64,000 nt of DNA from contig JACVGT010000010.1 in assembly GCA_018992685.1 (NCBI GenBank), positions 1 through 64,000 of the forward strand, read 5' to 3'. This DNA is from Theionarchaea archaeon (GTDB lineage: Archaea > Methanobacteriota_B > Thermococci > Methanofastidiosales > SZ-28-30). Shown in pieces: positions 28,927 to 37,831 of this stretch (position 1 is its first letter; the number at the start of each line of letters is the position of its first letter). Under the pieces are notes generated by a model. That model saw only the letters and a list, made by a program, of their open reading frames with translations. It was not told the origin of the DNA and did no database searches. A program made the translations under genes and the position numbers.

Positions 28927-30159
28927 TCACAGTGCCTTCAGGTATGTGGGAGCAGCCCCGGTAATGGTAACCCTGGAAAATGACCCCATGCGACCTGTGC
29001 ACACCACCGGTTTGTAATTGAAAAGTCTGGCTATCATGGTGGAAGGAACAGTCCCTTTTTGATTGACAAGGACTTCATAAGATTTTCCCACGTATTTCCT
29101 GTTAATGGAATGAGAAATGTCCATTCGCAACTTATATAAGAGGCGGGAACGTTCTTTCTTTATCCAGTCAGGGATTTGAGGCATCCTGGAGGCCTGTGTT
29201 CCCGGACGTGGCGAGAATCGAGTAACATTTATCTTATCTGGATTAATCTTCTTTACCAGAACGAGGGTGTCGTGAAACTGTTCTTCTGTTTCGGTGGGGA
29301 ATCCTGCAATGACATCTGTACATAGGTACAGATCCGGGAATTCTTTCCTGAAAGCCATACAGACAGTCACGAATTCATCTACTGTGTATTTTCTGTTCAT
29401 GAGTTGGAGGATGTGGTCGTTCCCCGATTGAACGGGAATGTGCAGGAATGTATAGATCTTTTCATGGTGGTAGACAGAAAGAAGATCCTCCAGGATGTCA
29501 AGAGCATGATTGGGATTCATCATTCCCACCCTGATTCTGAATTTTCCTTCCAGAGAGACCAGGTTCTCCAAGAGGAGCGGGAGTCTTTCCCCTGTGTTGA
29601 GGTCTGCGCCATAGCACCCCGTGTCCTGGGAAGTGATCTGCAGTTCCTTATATTCCTGAGAAATGAACTGGGCTGCCGTCTTGACGATTGATTCTGCGGG
29701 GTAGCTGTACAAGTGACCCCGGGCGAACCGGGCAGCGCAATAACTGCAGGATCCCACGCAGCCCTCAGAAATGGGAATGAGAGCATTAATCCCATCACCT
29801 GTACGAGGATAGCACAGCTTATTCTGTTTCTCTTCTCGTATAATGCGAACAGTGTGCCCTTCTTTGACCCTCTGGACAGCTTCAACAATGTCGTAAACAT
29901 TTGTTCCCACAACGTTTACATCCAGATTGGATATCTTGGGAAGACATCCTGCCACAATCAGGCATTTGTTCCTGGCTTTGATCTCCTCAATTCGCTTCCT
30001 GATCTTGTGTTCAGTGGGTCCTTTAACCCCACAGGAATTTATAATCACAACGTCAGCTTCGTCCAGACTCTCTGTGATCTGAGGGTAGAGTAGGGCTTTG
30101 ATAATTTCCGAATCTGCTTTGTTCATGGTGCAGCCATAGGTTTCCAGGTAGATCGACAT
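28927..30159 (-). CDS. tRNA methylthiotransferase (MiaB family, archaeal MtaB type)
   Basis: ETYGCTMN..DSE, NSC, GC in the MTTase N-domain; CVGSCSYC radical SAM motif; TRAM-like C-terminus. Confidence 0.88.
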   Translation of the reverse strand: MSIYLETYGCTMNKADSEIIKALLYPQITESLDEADVVIINSCGVKGPTEHKIRKRIEEIKARNKCLIVAGCLPKISNLDVNVVGTNVYDIVEAVQRVKEGHTVRIIREEKQNKLCYPRTGDGINALIPISEGCVGSCSYCAARFARGHLYSYPAESIVKTAAQFISQEYKELQITSQDTGCYGADLNTGERLPLLLENLVSLEGKFRIRVGMMNPNHALDILEDLLSVYHHEKIYTFLHIPVQSGNDHILQLMNRKYTVDEFVTVCMAFRKEFPDLYLCTDVIAGFPTETEEQFHDTLVLVKKINPDKINVTRFSPRPGTQASRMPQIPDWIKKERSRLLYKLRMDISHSINRKYVGKSYEVLVNQKGTVPSTMIARLFNYKPVVCTGRMGSFSRVTITGAAPTYLKAL

Positions 30160-30442
30160 TTGCTGATTACAGGTGTCGAAGATATATAATATTTGTTGAC
30201 AGGTGCTGCCCCTGGTTCATGAAGTGTGGAACAGGATGGTCGCCTCAAGCCTCCAGTATCTGAACACACGAGTATGAGGTATTCAGAACTGCGGCTGATC
30301 GAGTACATATTTGCGGGCAAGAGATTCTGCCAAAAGGCTTGAAGATTTATTCAAATATTGAACGCAGGACTGTACGCTACGCCCAACTCCTCTATCCAGT
30401 GTTCACTGAGAGCTTGCAGGACAGCTGCGAAAATCTATATTA

Positions 30443-31765
30443 GTGATGATGAGAATGTGCAGCATGCCAGAACTGCCAGAGGAGCCCAGACTGCCCAGCC
30501 GACGTGAGCTTGAACAGGCGATCTGGTCTGTGATGATAGCAATTTGTGTTGTACCTGTGGTGTACTCTTTTTCTCTTTTAGTCCGAGAGAGATTTTCTCT
30601 CATTCAAGCAGCAGAGCCCATGGCGGCCTTTCCCTATCACTGGTGGTTGGTGTTCATCTGCCTGGGGGGAGGTGCAGTTGTGGGACTTATCATCTGGAAG
30701 ATCGCCCCGGAATCAGAAGGTCCAGGACTGCAGGTGGTTATTGCAGCTTTCAATAAACGGGACGGTCATTTGAGAACCAGAACGGGCGCCTCAAAGTATG
30801 TAGCCACGCTCATAACAGTAGGATCTGGCACTCCCAACGGTATTGTCAGCCCTTCTGCTGTTCTGGGGAATTCAGTGGCCAGCATGATAGGAAGAATAGG
30901 AAATACGGAAAAAGACAGAGACCTGCAGAAGACTCTTTCCCTCTGTGGAGTTTCTGCCGCCCTTTCAACGCTACTGGGAGCACCAGTGGGTGCTGCACTA
31001 TTTGCGGTTGAAGTGGTGTATGGCAATTACATATTGTATAGGAGGTTCTTCTACTGTTTGATTTCCAGCGTTACAGCGCATGCGGTGACCCATTTTCTCG
31101 GTATGGAAACAGCGTACTTTGACATCACTCTTCCGGAGTTATCGCTCACGGGGTACGGACTTTTCCTTGTGATACTCACGGCGCTGTTCTCAGTAATGAT
31201 AAATATTGGATATATTTCTGTATATCAGAGAATCCATGACTTTTTTTCAGATCTATCCCACAGAATGATTCCATGGCTTGTTCCTGCAGTAGGTATGGGA
31301 CTGGCTGCCCTTATAATGGTTCCCCTCTATCAGAAGTTGATTGACTTCAGTCTTCTGGGCGGGAGTGCTTTCAGAATTACTGCAGCTGCAGCTGCCCCCT
31401 GGTATGTGATAGCTGTACTGATTGTGGTCATCGTGATAGCTACTTCTCTGGTGGCAGGCTCAGGGGGGAGTGGCGGGCTCTTCATGCCCGTTATGACAGT
31501 AGGAGTGCTGACAGGGATTCTGGTTGGAAATGCATATCCTCCTTTCATCTTTTTCTTTATCGTGGCTGGGATGAGCGCCGCCCTGTGCACCACACTCAAT
31601 GTTCCGCTGGCATCAGCTGTCCTGGGCATTGAATTGTTTGGTCCTCCTGCTATTCTTCCTTCAATCATAGGCGCCCTGACAGGATATATTTTTGCCAAAC
31701 GTTATGTCATATATCATGAAATCCAGTGGGAGGCATTGAAGGAATCAGATCAAGAGAAAGACTAG
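30443..31765 (+). CDS. CLC-family chloride channel/transporter, divergent
   Basis: APESEGPG, GAPVGAALFAVEV, GGSGGLFMP and NVPLAS motifs; no CBS domains. Confidence 0.8.
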   Translation: MMMRMCSMPELPEEPRLPSRRELEQAIWSVMIAICVVPVVYSFSLLVRERFSLIQAAEPMAAFPYHWWLVFICLGGGAVVGLIIWKIAPESEGPGLQVVIAAFNKRDGHLRTRTGASKYVATLITVGSGTPNGIVSPSAVLGNSVASMIGRIGNTEKDRDLQKTLSLCGVSAALSTLLGAPVGAALFAVEVVYGNYILYRRFFYCLISSVTAHAVTHFLGMETAYFDITLPELSLTGYGLFLVILTALFSVMINIGYISVYQRIHDFFSDLSHRMIPWLVPAVGMGLAALIMVPLYQKLIDFSLLGGSAFRITAAAAAPWYVIAVLIVVIVIATSLVAGSGGSGGLFMPVMTVGVLTGILVGNAYPPFIFFFIVAGMSAALCTTLNVPLASAVLGIELFGPPAILPSIIGALTGYIFAKRYVIYHEIQWEALKESDQEKD

Positions 31766-31900
31766 CCCACAATGATCTCCTCCTTGGAGATCATATGCGG
31801 GAAGCCAAGTCCTGGTTTGTGTACTGATTTCTCCCTGCAGATGATCTTCCAGTCTGTTGTTCGTAGGAGATTCAGTCACTTCATGTCCTCCCAATCCAAG

Positions 31901-33115
31901 TTATTCATCTCCATGGGAAGAAGCATCAGACCTCCTTAGCATGAAAAGAGCAGGTATTCCAAGCAGAATTACCACTGATGCTACATACCAGGATCCGATA
32001 ATGGAGGCTCGCTCTGCAATCACACCAAAAATGATTAACCCCAGAGCTGCAGCTCCTCTGCAGATCATGGAATCAAATGATAGAATCGTCGCCCTGGTCT
32101 CTGCTGGGATATGGTCGTTTATATACGCTTTCCGGGTGGGAAGCATGGTACCCCTCCCCACAAAGTACAGGAAGAAGAGAGGCAGCGACAACACAAAGTA
32201 GTTTGATAATCCCAGGACCAGAGGTGTGGCAGCACACAGAACAGTTGACAGGATCAGCACGTGATATCGCTTGAAGAGTGACGTCCAGTGCACCAGGAGA
32301 CTGCCCACCATCAGTCCCAGCGACAGGGCAACCCATGCGAGACCTACCTGTTGGGTGTTGGCGATCTCCTGGAAGTAGGGCTGCCAATACTGCATCACAG
32401 CCATGTATGCAAACATTGAGATGGCGCCAGGTATGATCAGGAATAACACCACCTTATTCTTTACCCCATAGGTAATGCTGAATCCAATGATTTTTTTCAT
32501 CTGTGATGCTCCATTCCTCAAAGAGAGGTTCTCCCTTCCTAGGTGCACCTCCTCCATCAGTAGATATCCTATCCAGAGAGTTGCCAGAGCCAACACCGCT
32601 CCCGCCAGAAAGGGATATGCTAAATTGCGTGAACCCAGGAATGCTCCAGAGAGTCCTGCAACAATCGACATGCCGCTTGCCAGGGTAGCCGCTCTCCCGA
32701 AGAGCCTGTCTTTCTTTTGTGTGTATCCGTTGGCATCCAGAGAGTCCACGAACCAGGCTTCCAGCGCACCCGAATGGAATGTCATGCCTATGGCAGCCAC
32801 TATTTCTGCAAGGGCAAAAAAGAGAAGAGACCCTGAGAAGAAGTAGATGAAAAAAGAAAAAGACATGAATAAGCAGGCAATCAGGAAGGAACGCTTGCGT
32901 CCAAACATGTCTGATACTGCACCTGTGGGAATCTCCAGAAGGAACACACTCCCCATGTAGAAGATATTTACCAGGTTGACCTGCAACAGATTCAGCCCCT
33001 TGGAAAGCATGAAGAGAATGTTTGTCGCCTGAATGGTGTTTACAGACAACATAAATAAGCATTCCAACAGGTAGAATGTGAGTACCGTCTTTTTCAGTCT
33101 ATGTATGAAGCCCAC
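31901..33115 (-). CDS. MFS transporter (putative RiPP exporter)
   Basis: LEIPTGAVSDMFGRK, SGALEAW and RATILS motifs; start overlaps the upstream radical SAM gene by 17 bp. Confidence 0.88.
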   Translation of the reverse strand: MGFIHRLKKTVLTFYLLECLFMLSVNTIQATNILFMLSKGLNLLQVNLVNIFYMGSVFLLEIPTGAVSDMFGRKRSFLIACLFMSFSFFIYFFSGSLLFFALAEIVAAIGMTFHSGALEAWFVDSLDANGYTQKKDRLFGRAATLASGMSIVAGLSGAFLGSRNLAYPFLAGAVLALATLWIGYLLMEEVHLGRENLSLRNGASQMKKIIGFSITYGVKNKVVLFLIIPGAISMFAYMAVMQYWQPYFQEIANTQQVGLAWVALSLGLMVGSLLVHWTSLFKRYHVLILSTVLCAATPLVLGLSNYFVLSLPLFFLYFVGRGTMLPTRKAYINDHIPAETRATILSFDSMICRGAAALGLIIFGVIAERASIIGSWYVASVVILLGIPALFMLRRSDASSHGDE

Positions 33116-34475
33116 CTTTGGTTCGTTCTTTCAAGAAGGGATAGTAGTATCGGGCGGACTCGAAGAGAACATCTTGTACATCAGTGCAGAATGGGCTGCC
33201 GATACTCCCTTCCTTTTCTGCAGCAAGCTTTGTACACCCTCCACCGCATACGAGCGCCAGGTTGCAGGACGTACATTTTTGCATGCATAGAATACTCCTG
33301 TTCCTCCATGATCCCAAGACGCTCTCATCTATTTCGAGTGTTGGAAAGAATCGTCCCACTTTGTATTCTTCAACACCAGCACTATCAACGCAGGTATAGA
33401 CATCCCCATTCAAATCAAAACAATAGCGAGTCATGTTCCCTCCACAGAATTTGAACTGGGGAGATGGAAGATGCCCAGTTTCCAAGACCTTTCTGAAGAT
33501 TTCAGCTCCGACCCAACCAACAAGGTGAATGACACTCATATCTTCACAATTTCGGTAGAAGTCAAAGATTTGATGTAGTGAGACATGTTCTGGCAGTCTG
33601 TGTTCATATTCCATGCAGCTGATGTCTCTCATGGGGGCAAGGTAGGGGACAATCAGGTTATTTCCTTTCCAGCCCTGTTCAACAAAGAAATGGGCCAGCT
33701 CAGGAAGAAGAGGTAAATTCTGAGCATCCACGTTGATGTGAATTGCTATCTTTATGTTGTTATCCACTGCCTTCTGAACTCCTCGTATGATGGGAGCAAA
33801 CGTCCCTCCAGACGTGGCAGAGATGCGCCTCTTGTTGTGTATCTCTTCAGGCCCATCCACTGTGACCTGGATATACTCCAGCTTATAGGAAGACAACATA
33901 TCGGTGTAGAATTCCAGATCCACGCCATTCGAGACAATTTTGGGTTTCCACCCGCGATTGTTGCTTTCTTCAAGGGTTTTCTGGATAACCTCAGATTGCC
34001 TCTTCCTCTTCAAGAGTGGTTCTCCCCCGAAAATCACAAAGTAGGGGAGTTCCTTTGATGGTGATCTTTCCTGAAGATAGTCCATGCTTTCAAAGGCAGC
34101 CTGAAGACATTCATCATCAATGACAGCACTTTTCAAGGCTGAATGATCCTGAAAGCAGTAGCTGCAACGGAGGTTGCATGCGTAGGTGGGGTACAGATAG
34201 AAAACGGGCAGACTCGTTCTGATCTTCTCCTCATACTCTCTGAACCGATAGTTCAGAAACCTGTCCTCGTGTTCCTCGATTTCGTACACGTATCCCTTTC
34301 TCTTCAAAGTGAGCAGTATGTTGGCATCACTTATCTCTTCACCACGTTCCAGACTCTTGAGGATTTCCACCATTTCATCATCAATGATATCCATGGCAGA
34401 AGACAGATTATTCATCAAAATGTACATTCCTTCTTCATCTACTGGCAGCAGCAAATTGTAACGACTAAGATGTAT
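33099..34475 (-). CDS. Radical SAM/SPASM peptide maturase 2 (probable ATA start at 34475; first canonical start is TTG at 34454)
   Basis: CNLRCSYC, FGGEP, and SPASM C-x17-C...CxxC-x5-C-x3-C...C; the N-terminus aligns in register with maturase 1. Confidence 0.9.
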   Translation of the reverse strand: MHLSRYNLLLPVDEEGMYILMNNLSSAMDIIDDEMVEILKSLERGEEISDANILLTLKRKGYVYEIEEHEDRFLNYRFREYEEKIRTSLPVFYLYPTYACNLRCSYCFQDHSALKSAVIDDECLQAAFESMDYLQERSPSKELPYFVIFGGEPLLKRKRQSEVIQKTLEESNNRGWKPKIVSNGVDLEFYTDMLSSYKLEYIQVTVDGPEEIHNKRRISATSGGTFAPIIRGVQKAVDNNIKIAIHINVDAQNLPLLPELAHFFVEQGWKGNNLIVPYLAPMRDISCMEYEHRLPEHVSLHQIFDFYRNCEDMSVIHLVGWVGAEIFRKVLETGHLPSPQFKFCGGNMTRYCFDLNGDVYTCVDSAGVEEYKVGRFFPTLEIDESVLGSWRNRSILCMQKCTSCNLALVCGGGCTKLAAEKEGSIGSPFCTDVQDVLFESARYYYPFLKERTKGGLHT

Positions 34476-34481
34476 ACTATG

Positions 34482-35852
34482 CTAACCTCCCTCTGCTCTT
34501 TTCTTTATGTAGGGGTAGTAGTAGTGAAACCCGAGATTCAATATCTGGTGTATTCCCACACAGGGGCTGGCCTGCAATGAACCATGTTTTGTCACCGCGA
34601 TGAACGTACAGCCTCCCCCGCACAGGAGATTGTAGGAGCAGGTGCTGCACTTTGGAAGTGTCAAGATGTTTCTCGTTTCCCATTGGTTGAGCAAGTCAAC
34701 ATAGAACTCCGATTCCGGAAAGAACTTTCCGATAACCTGACTCTTCTCCCCCGCGAATCCAGCGCATGCGTAGATGTCCCCGAATGTGTCGAAGCATAAC
34801 CGCTTCATTCCTGCCCCACAGAAGTTGAAAAGGGGAGAATACAGCCGGCCCTTTTTCACCAGGTTTTCTATGCTTTCCATCCATCTCCATCCCATCAGTG
34901 TGATGATTTTTGTCTCCGGACGCTCTGCATACATGTTCAGTACTGTCTTGAGCAACTGCGGAAGCGGAACAACATGTTCCTGTCCAATGCAACCAGAATC
35001 CCTCACAGCCGCAATGTACGGCGTGATCAACCCGGTGTCCTTCCAGCCTCTTTCTATGATAAAGGAGGCCATCTCAGGCAGTGTTGAGAGATTCTCTTTG
35101 TCCACATTGATGCGCAGTGCAATGTTCATTCCTATTTCCTTTAGAACCCTGTCTATGTTATCTGCAATTCGGTCAAAGCTTCCCGATCCATCCGCGAAAA
35201 TCCTCCTCCTGTTGTGTGTGTCTCTCGGTCCATCCAGGGTGACCTGAATATGTTTATCCACATATTTCCGGACTATGTCTATGTAATGACCAAGATCAAC
35301 CCCATTCGTAATTATTTTTGAGTGAAATCCCATATCCTGGCATTTCTTGAGGATGTATGTAACTGCTTCTTTCTGCTCTTTGCGATACATCAGTGGTTCT
35401 CCACCGAATAGGGTGAGCAAGGGCTGTTCTTTGGCTCCTCCTTCTGAATGGAATTTTTCCATGACCTCAAATGCCTTGTCAACAAGACGGGGTTTGATAA
35501 CATCTCCAATTCTCATGTCCTCTGTCTGAAAACAGTAGGTGCAGCGGAGATTGCATCCATATGTTGGATAGATAAAAAAAGACTCGGGCTCTGAAGCAAG
35601 GTTCTTGTTCCACTGCTCGAAAGCTTCTGTGATCAACTTTTCTTCATCTTCTTTTTTTAGATAAATGTATCTTCTCCTTGCCAGTTCATAGAGTATTTCT
35701 CTGTTATTCACCAACTCCCCCTGACTTAAGGTCTTGATGACGTCAATAACCTCTTTATCAACTATATCAACAGCTCCTGAAAGAGGATTCACCAAGATGA
35801 TGTCCTCTGTATCAGAAATTGGAAAAAAGAAAGTATAACGACTAACGTACAT
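34482..35852 (-). CDS. Radical SAM/SPASM peptide maturase 1
   Basis: CNLRCTYC, FGGEP, and SPASM FC...YAC...CSTCSYNLLCGGGC...PC; N-terminal extension of about 85 aa; ATG 35852 follows GGTGA. Confidence 0.92.
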   Translation of the reverse strand: MYVSRYTFFFPISDTEDIILVNPLSGAVDIVDKEVIDVIKTLSQGELVNNREILYELARRRYIYLKKEDEEKLITEAFEQWNKNLASEPESFFIYPTYGCNLRCTYCFQTEDMRIGDVIKPRLVDKAFEVMEKFHSEGGAKEQPLLTLFGGEPLMYRKEQKEAVTYILKKCQDMGFHSKIITNGVDLGHYIDIVRKYVDKHIQVTLDGPRDTHNRRRIFADGSGSFDRIADNIDRVLKEIGMNIALRINVDKENLSTLPEMASFIIERGWKDTGLITPYIAAVRDSGCIGQEHVVPLPQLLKTVLNMYAERPETKIITLMGWRWMESIENLVKKGRLYSPLFNFCGAGMKRLCFDTFGDIYACAGFAGEKSQVIGKFFPESEFYVDLLNQWETRNILTLPKCSTCSYNLLCGGGCTFIAVTKHGSLQASPCVGIHQILNLGFHYYYPYIKKRAEGG

Positions 35853-35881
35853 GGCGATCACCAGATCAAGTAGTGTGCGCG

Positions 35882-36109
35882 TTATGGCACAGCAACTTCA
35901 AGAGCACAGAATGTTGGCTGGACTTCAAGAGCACAGAATGTTGGCTGGACTTCAAGAGCACAGAATGTTGGCTGGACTTCAAGAGCACAGAATGTTGGCT
36001 GGACTTCAAGAGCACAGAATGTTGGCTGGACTTCAAGAGCACAATACAGTGTTCCGCTTTCGTCCTTCAGGTTAAGGTTCTCGTCACTAACCACAGATTT
36101 CATGAACAT
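35882..36109 (-). CDS. Putative RiPP precursor peptide: leader, five CALEVQPTF repeats, then CALEVAVP
   Basis: Strong SD GGAGGTGA at 36114-36121; 75-aa ORF ending 30 bp upstream of, and co-oriented with, two SPASM enzymes. Confidence 0.85.
   Translation of the reverse strand: MFMKSVVSDENLNLKDESGTLYCALEVQPTFCALEVQPTFCALEVQPTFCALEVQPTFCALEVQPTFCALEVAVP
35895..36043. repeat. Perfect 27-bp tandem repeat, 5 full copies plus 14 bp
   Basis: acttcaagagcacagaatgttggctgg at 35895, 35922, 35949, 35976 and 36003, partial at 36030; no spacers. Confidence 0.98.
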
Positions 36110-36251
36110 GTGTTCACCTCCTAAAGGTTTTACTTTCCATCCCGCACGAGTATTTAGATCTAATGGTTATTAGACTCTTTTTCTTTGCGAGATATTCTCA
36201 TTCGTAGGCTACTCAGATGATGTTTGAGAAAAAGCCTGAAAAAATCCTGAA

Positions 36252-37691
36252 TCAGGGTAGTCCTAAACGTTTCCTTATGATCACAGCAAACATACGAAGT
36301 CCTGTTTTCACATTCTGTGTTCTCCCTGCAGAATGTTTTGACTCCCCTCCACATCTCTTTCCGTACGTGACTGCTACCTCAACCACTGTCATGTCCGCCT
36401 TCAGCGCTTCAATCATCATTTCCACTGAGAAAGCTGCTCCTTCGTCTCGAAGGGTGTCCCGTATTCTGGCGTAGGTCCATTTCCACAGTCCCCGGTATGT
36501 GCACCCCACATCGGTGAATGAAGCACCTTTCTTCCACCACAATGTTTCCACCAGTTTTGCCAGAGCCCTATTCCCCCATCTCAGGAACCAATCCATGTTG
36601 GCCCCCGGTTCCACCAACTCCCTGAAGGTCCGGGTCCCAACAACCATGTCAGCATCTTTCAGGTGATCCACAATCATGAGGAGGTCCTTTGATCTGAAAG
36701 AGGCGTCCGCTTCTGTTATCACCAGGATGTCTCCCTTTGCGGCCTCCATGCCGCATTTCAGTGCATTCCCGTATCCCTGCTGTGGTTCCAACACTACCCG
36801 GGCTCCCTTCTTCTCTGCGATTGCTGCTGTCTCATCAATAGAATTGTTGTTTATCACAATAATTTCGTTCACAGGTTGGCTGGAGAAATCATCTATCACG
36901 TTTCCAATGCATTCTTCTTCATTGTATGCAGGTATAACAACAGAAGTATCAAAAGAATCGAAGTGGGACTGTCGCCACTGATACGTGGCCCGATTCAAGT
37001 CTCTTACTGTATTGATATTGGTGTAGAATCCTCTTAGAAAGAAAGCATAGACCTTTGACTCTTGCCTGGCAAGAATGTCAATAATATCAGTAATCTCAAT
37101 CTCATTCCGCAAGGAGGAAGGAGAAGCCTTTCTGATGTAATCGAATACCACTGGAGAAAATGCGTAGGTTCCCACACCCAGAAGATCGGTCCTCGGTGAC
37201 ACTGGCTTTTCTGTCAGAGACAGGATTCTATCACCTTCAAGGCACACGGCATAATTCTGGCTGATAGCTTTCATATCCATTGTCTTTTGAACGGCACAAA
37301 TAGCATTGAAATCACGGGAGAACAAAGAAAGCATCTCATTGTGGTTGGTGTTGATGTACATTTCATCCCCTAGAATAACGAAGAAAGGTGAATCAATATA
37401 CTCTTCACCAAGTCCAATGGCGTGGCCTATCCCTCTGGGATATTCCTGGGTAATGTAGTTGATTTCCAATCCCAGTGAGGACCCGTCTTCAAAATAAGAC
37501 CTTACCTGGTCTCCATGCTTTCCAGTCACAATGTGTATTGTTTTACAGTCTAGGTTGGTCTTGAGCAATTCCAGGTTATACTGGAGAAGGGGTTTCCCGT
37601 GAATGGTAAGCATTGCTTTTGGCTTCCTTTCTGTCATGGGGTACATTCGTAGTCCCCGCCCGGCAGCAGGAATGAGTGCTACGTTGCTCAT
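36252..37691 (-). CDS. Fusion of a sugar-phosphate nucleotidyltransferase (RmlA-like) and a GT2 (Dol-P-sugar synthase-like) glycosyltransferase
   Basis: IPAAGRGLRM.P...PK, ILGD and RNEIEITD, followed by VVIPAYNEE, GYGNAL, EAD and FTDVGC. Confidence 0.82.
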   Translation of the reverse strand: MSNVALIPAAGRGLRMYPMTERKPKAMLTIHGKPLLQYNLELLKTNLDCKTIHIVTGKHGDQVRSYFEDGSSLGLEINYITQEYPRGIGHAIGLGEEYIDSPFFVILGDEMYINTNHNEMLSLFSRDFNAICAVQKTMDMKAISQNYAVCLEGDRILSLTEKPVSPRTDLLGVGTYAFSPVVFDYIRKASPSSLRNEIEITDIIDILARQESKVYAFFLRGFYTNINTVRDLNRATYQWRQSHFDSFDTSVVIPAYNEEECIGNVIDDFSSQPVNEIIVINNNSIDETAAIAEKKGARVVLEPQQGYGNALKCGMEAAKGDILVITEADASFRSKDLLMIVDHLKDADMVVGTRTFRELVEPGANMDWFLRWGNRALAKLVETLWWKKGASFTDVGCTYRGLWKWTYARIRDTLRDEGAAFSVEMMIEALKADMTVVEVAVTYGKRCGGESKHSAGRTQNVKTGLRMFAVIIRKRLGLP

Positions 37692-37831
37692 GGGTCATGC
37701 CTCTCTTTCTGTACTTGTACCAGTATTTTTATATAAAGGTTAAGCTGTCTCCATTTTGGACTGGAGGTATCACCCATGATTGGAGGATGTGCCGTTTTCA
37801 ACCTTTATAAGCAGGCACGCCAAGAATACGT

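Noticed and set aside
28927-30159. Third radical SAM gene as part of the RiPP cluster
   Set aside because: It has MTTase and TRAM architecture typical of a housekeeping tRNA methylthiotransferase, and is separated from the cluster by the oppositely oriented CLC gene.
34482-34484. Pyrrolysine or general amber recoding as the main explanation for in-frame TAG codons (also at 55018)
   Set aside because: No pyl genes are in the window, many genes end normally at TAG, and the V4R fragment is truncated anyway. Kept only as a minor alternative.
35895-36043. 27-bp repeats as a CRISPR array
   Set aside because: The units are contiguous with no spacers, no cas genes are present, and the length is a multiple of 3 inside an SD-led ORF.
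35851-36124. Plus-strand repeat ORFs (LQEHRMLAG and DFKSTECWL repeats)
   Set aside because: They are antisense to the operon and lack an SD; they are open only because the repeat has no stops in those frames.
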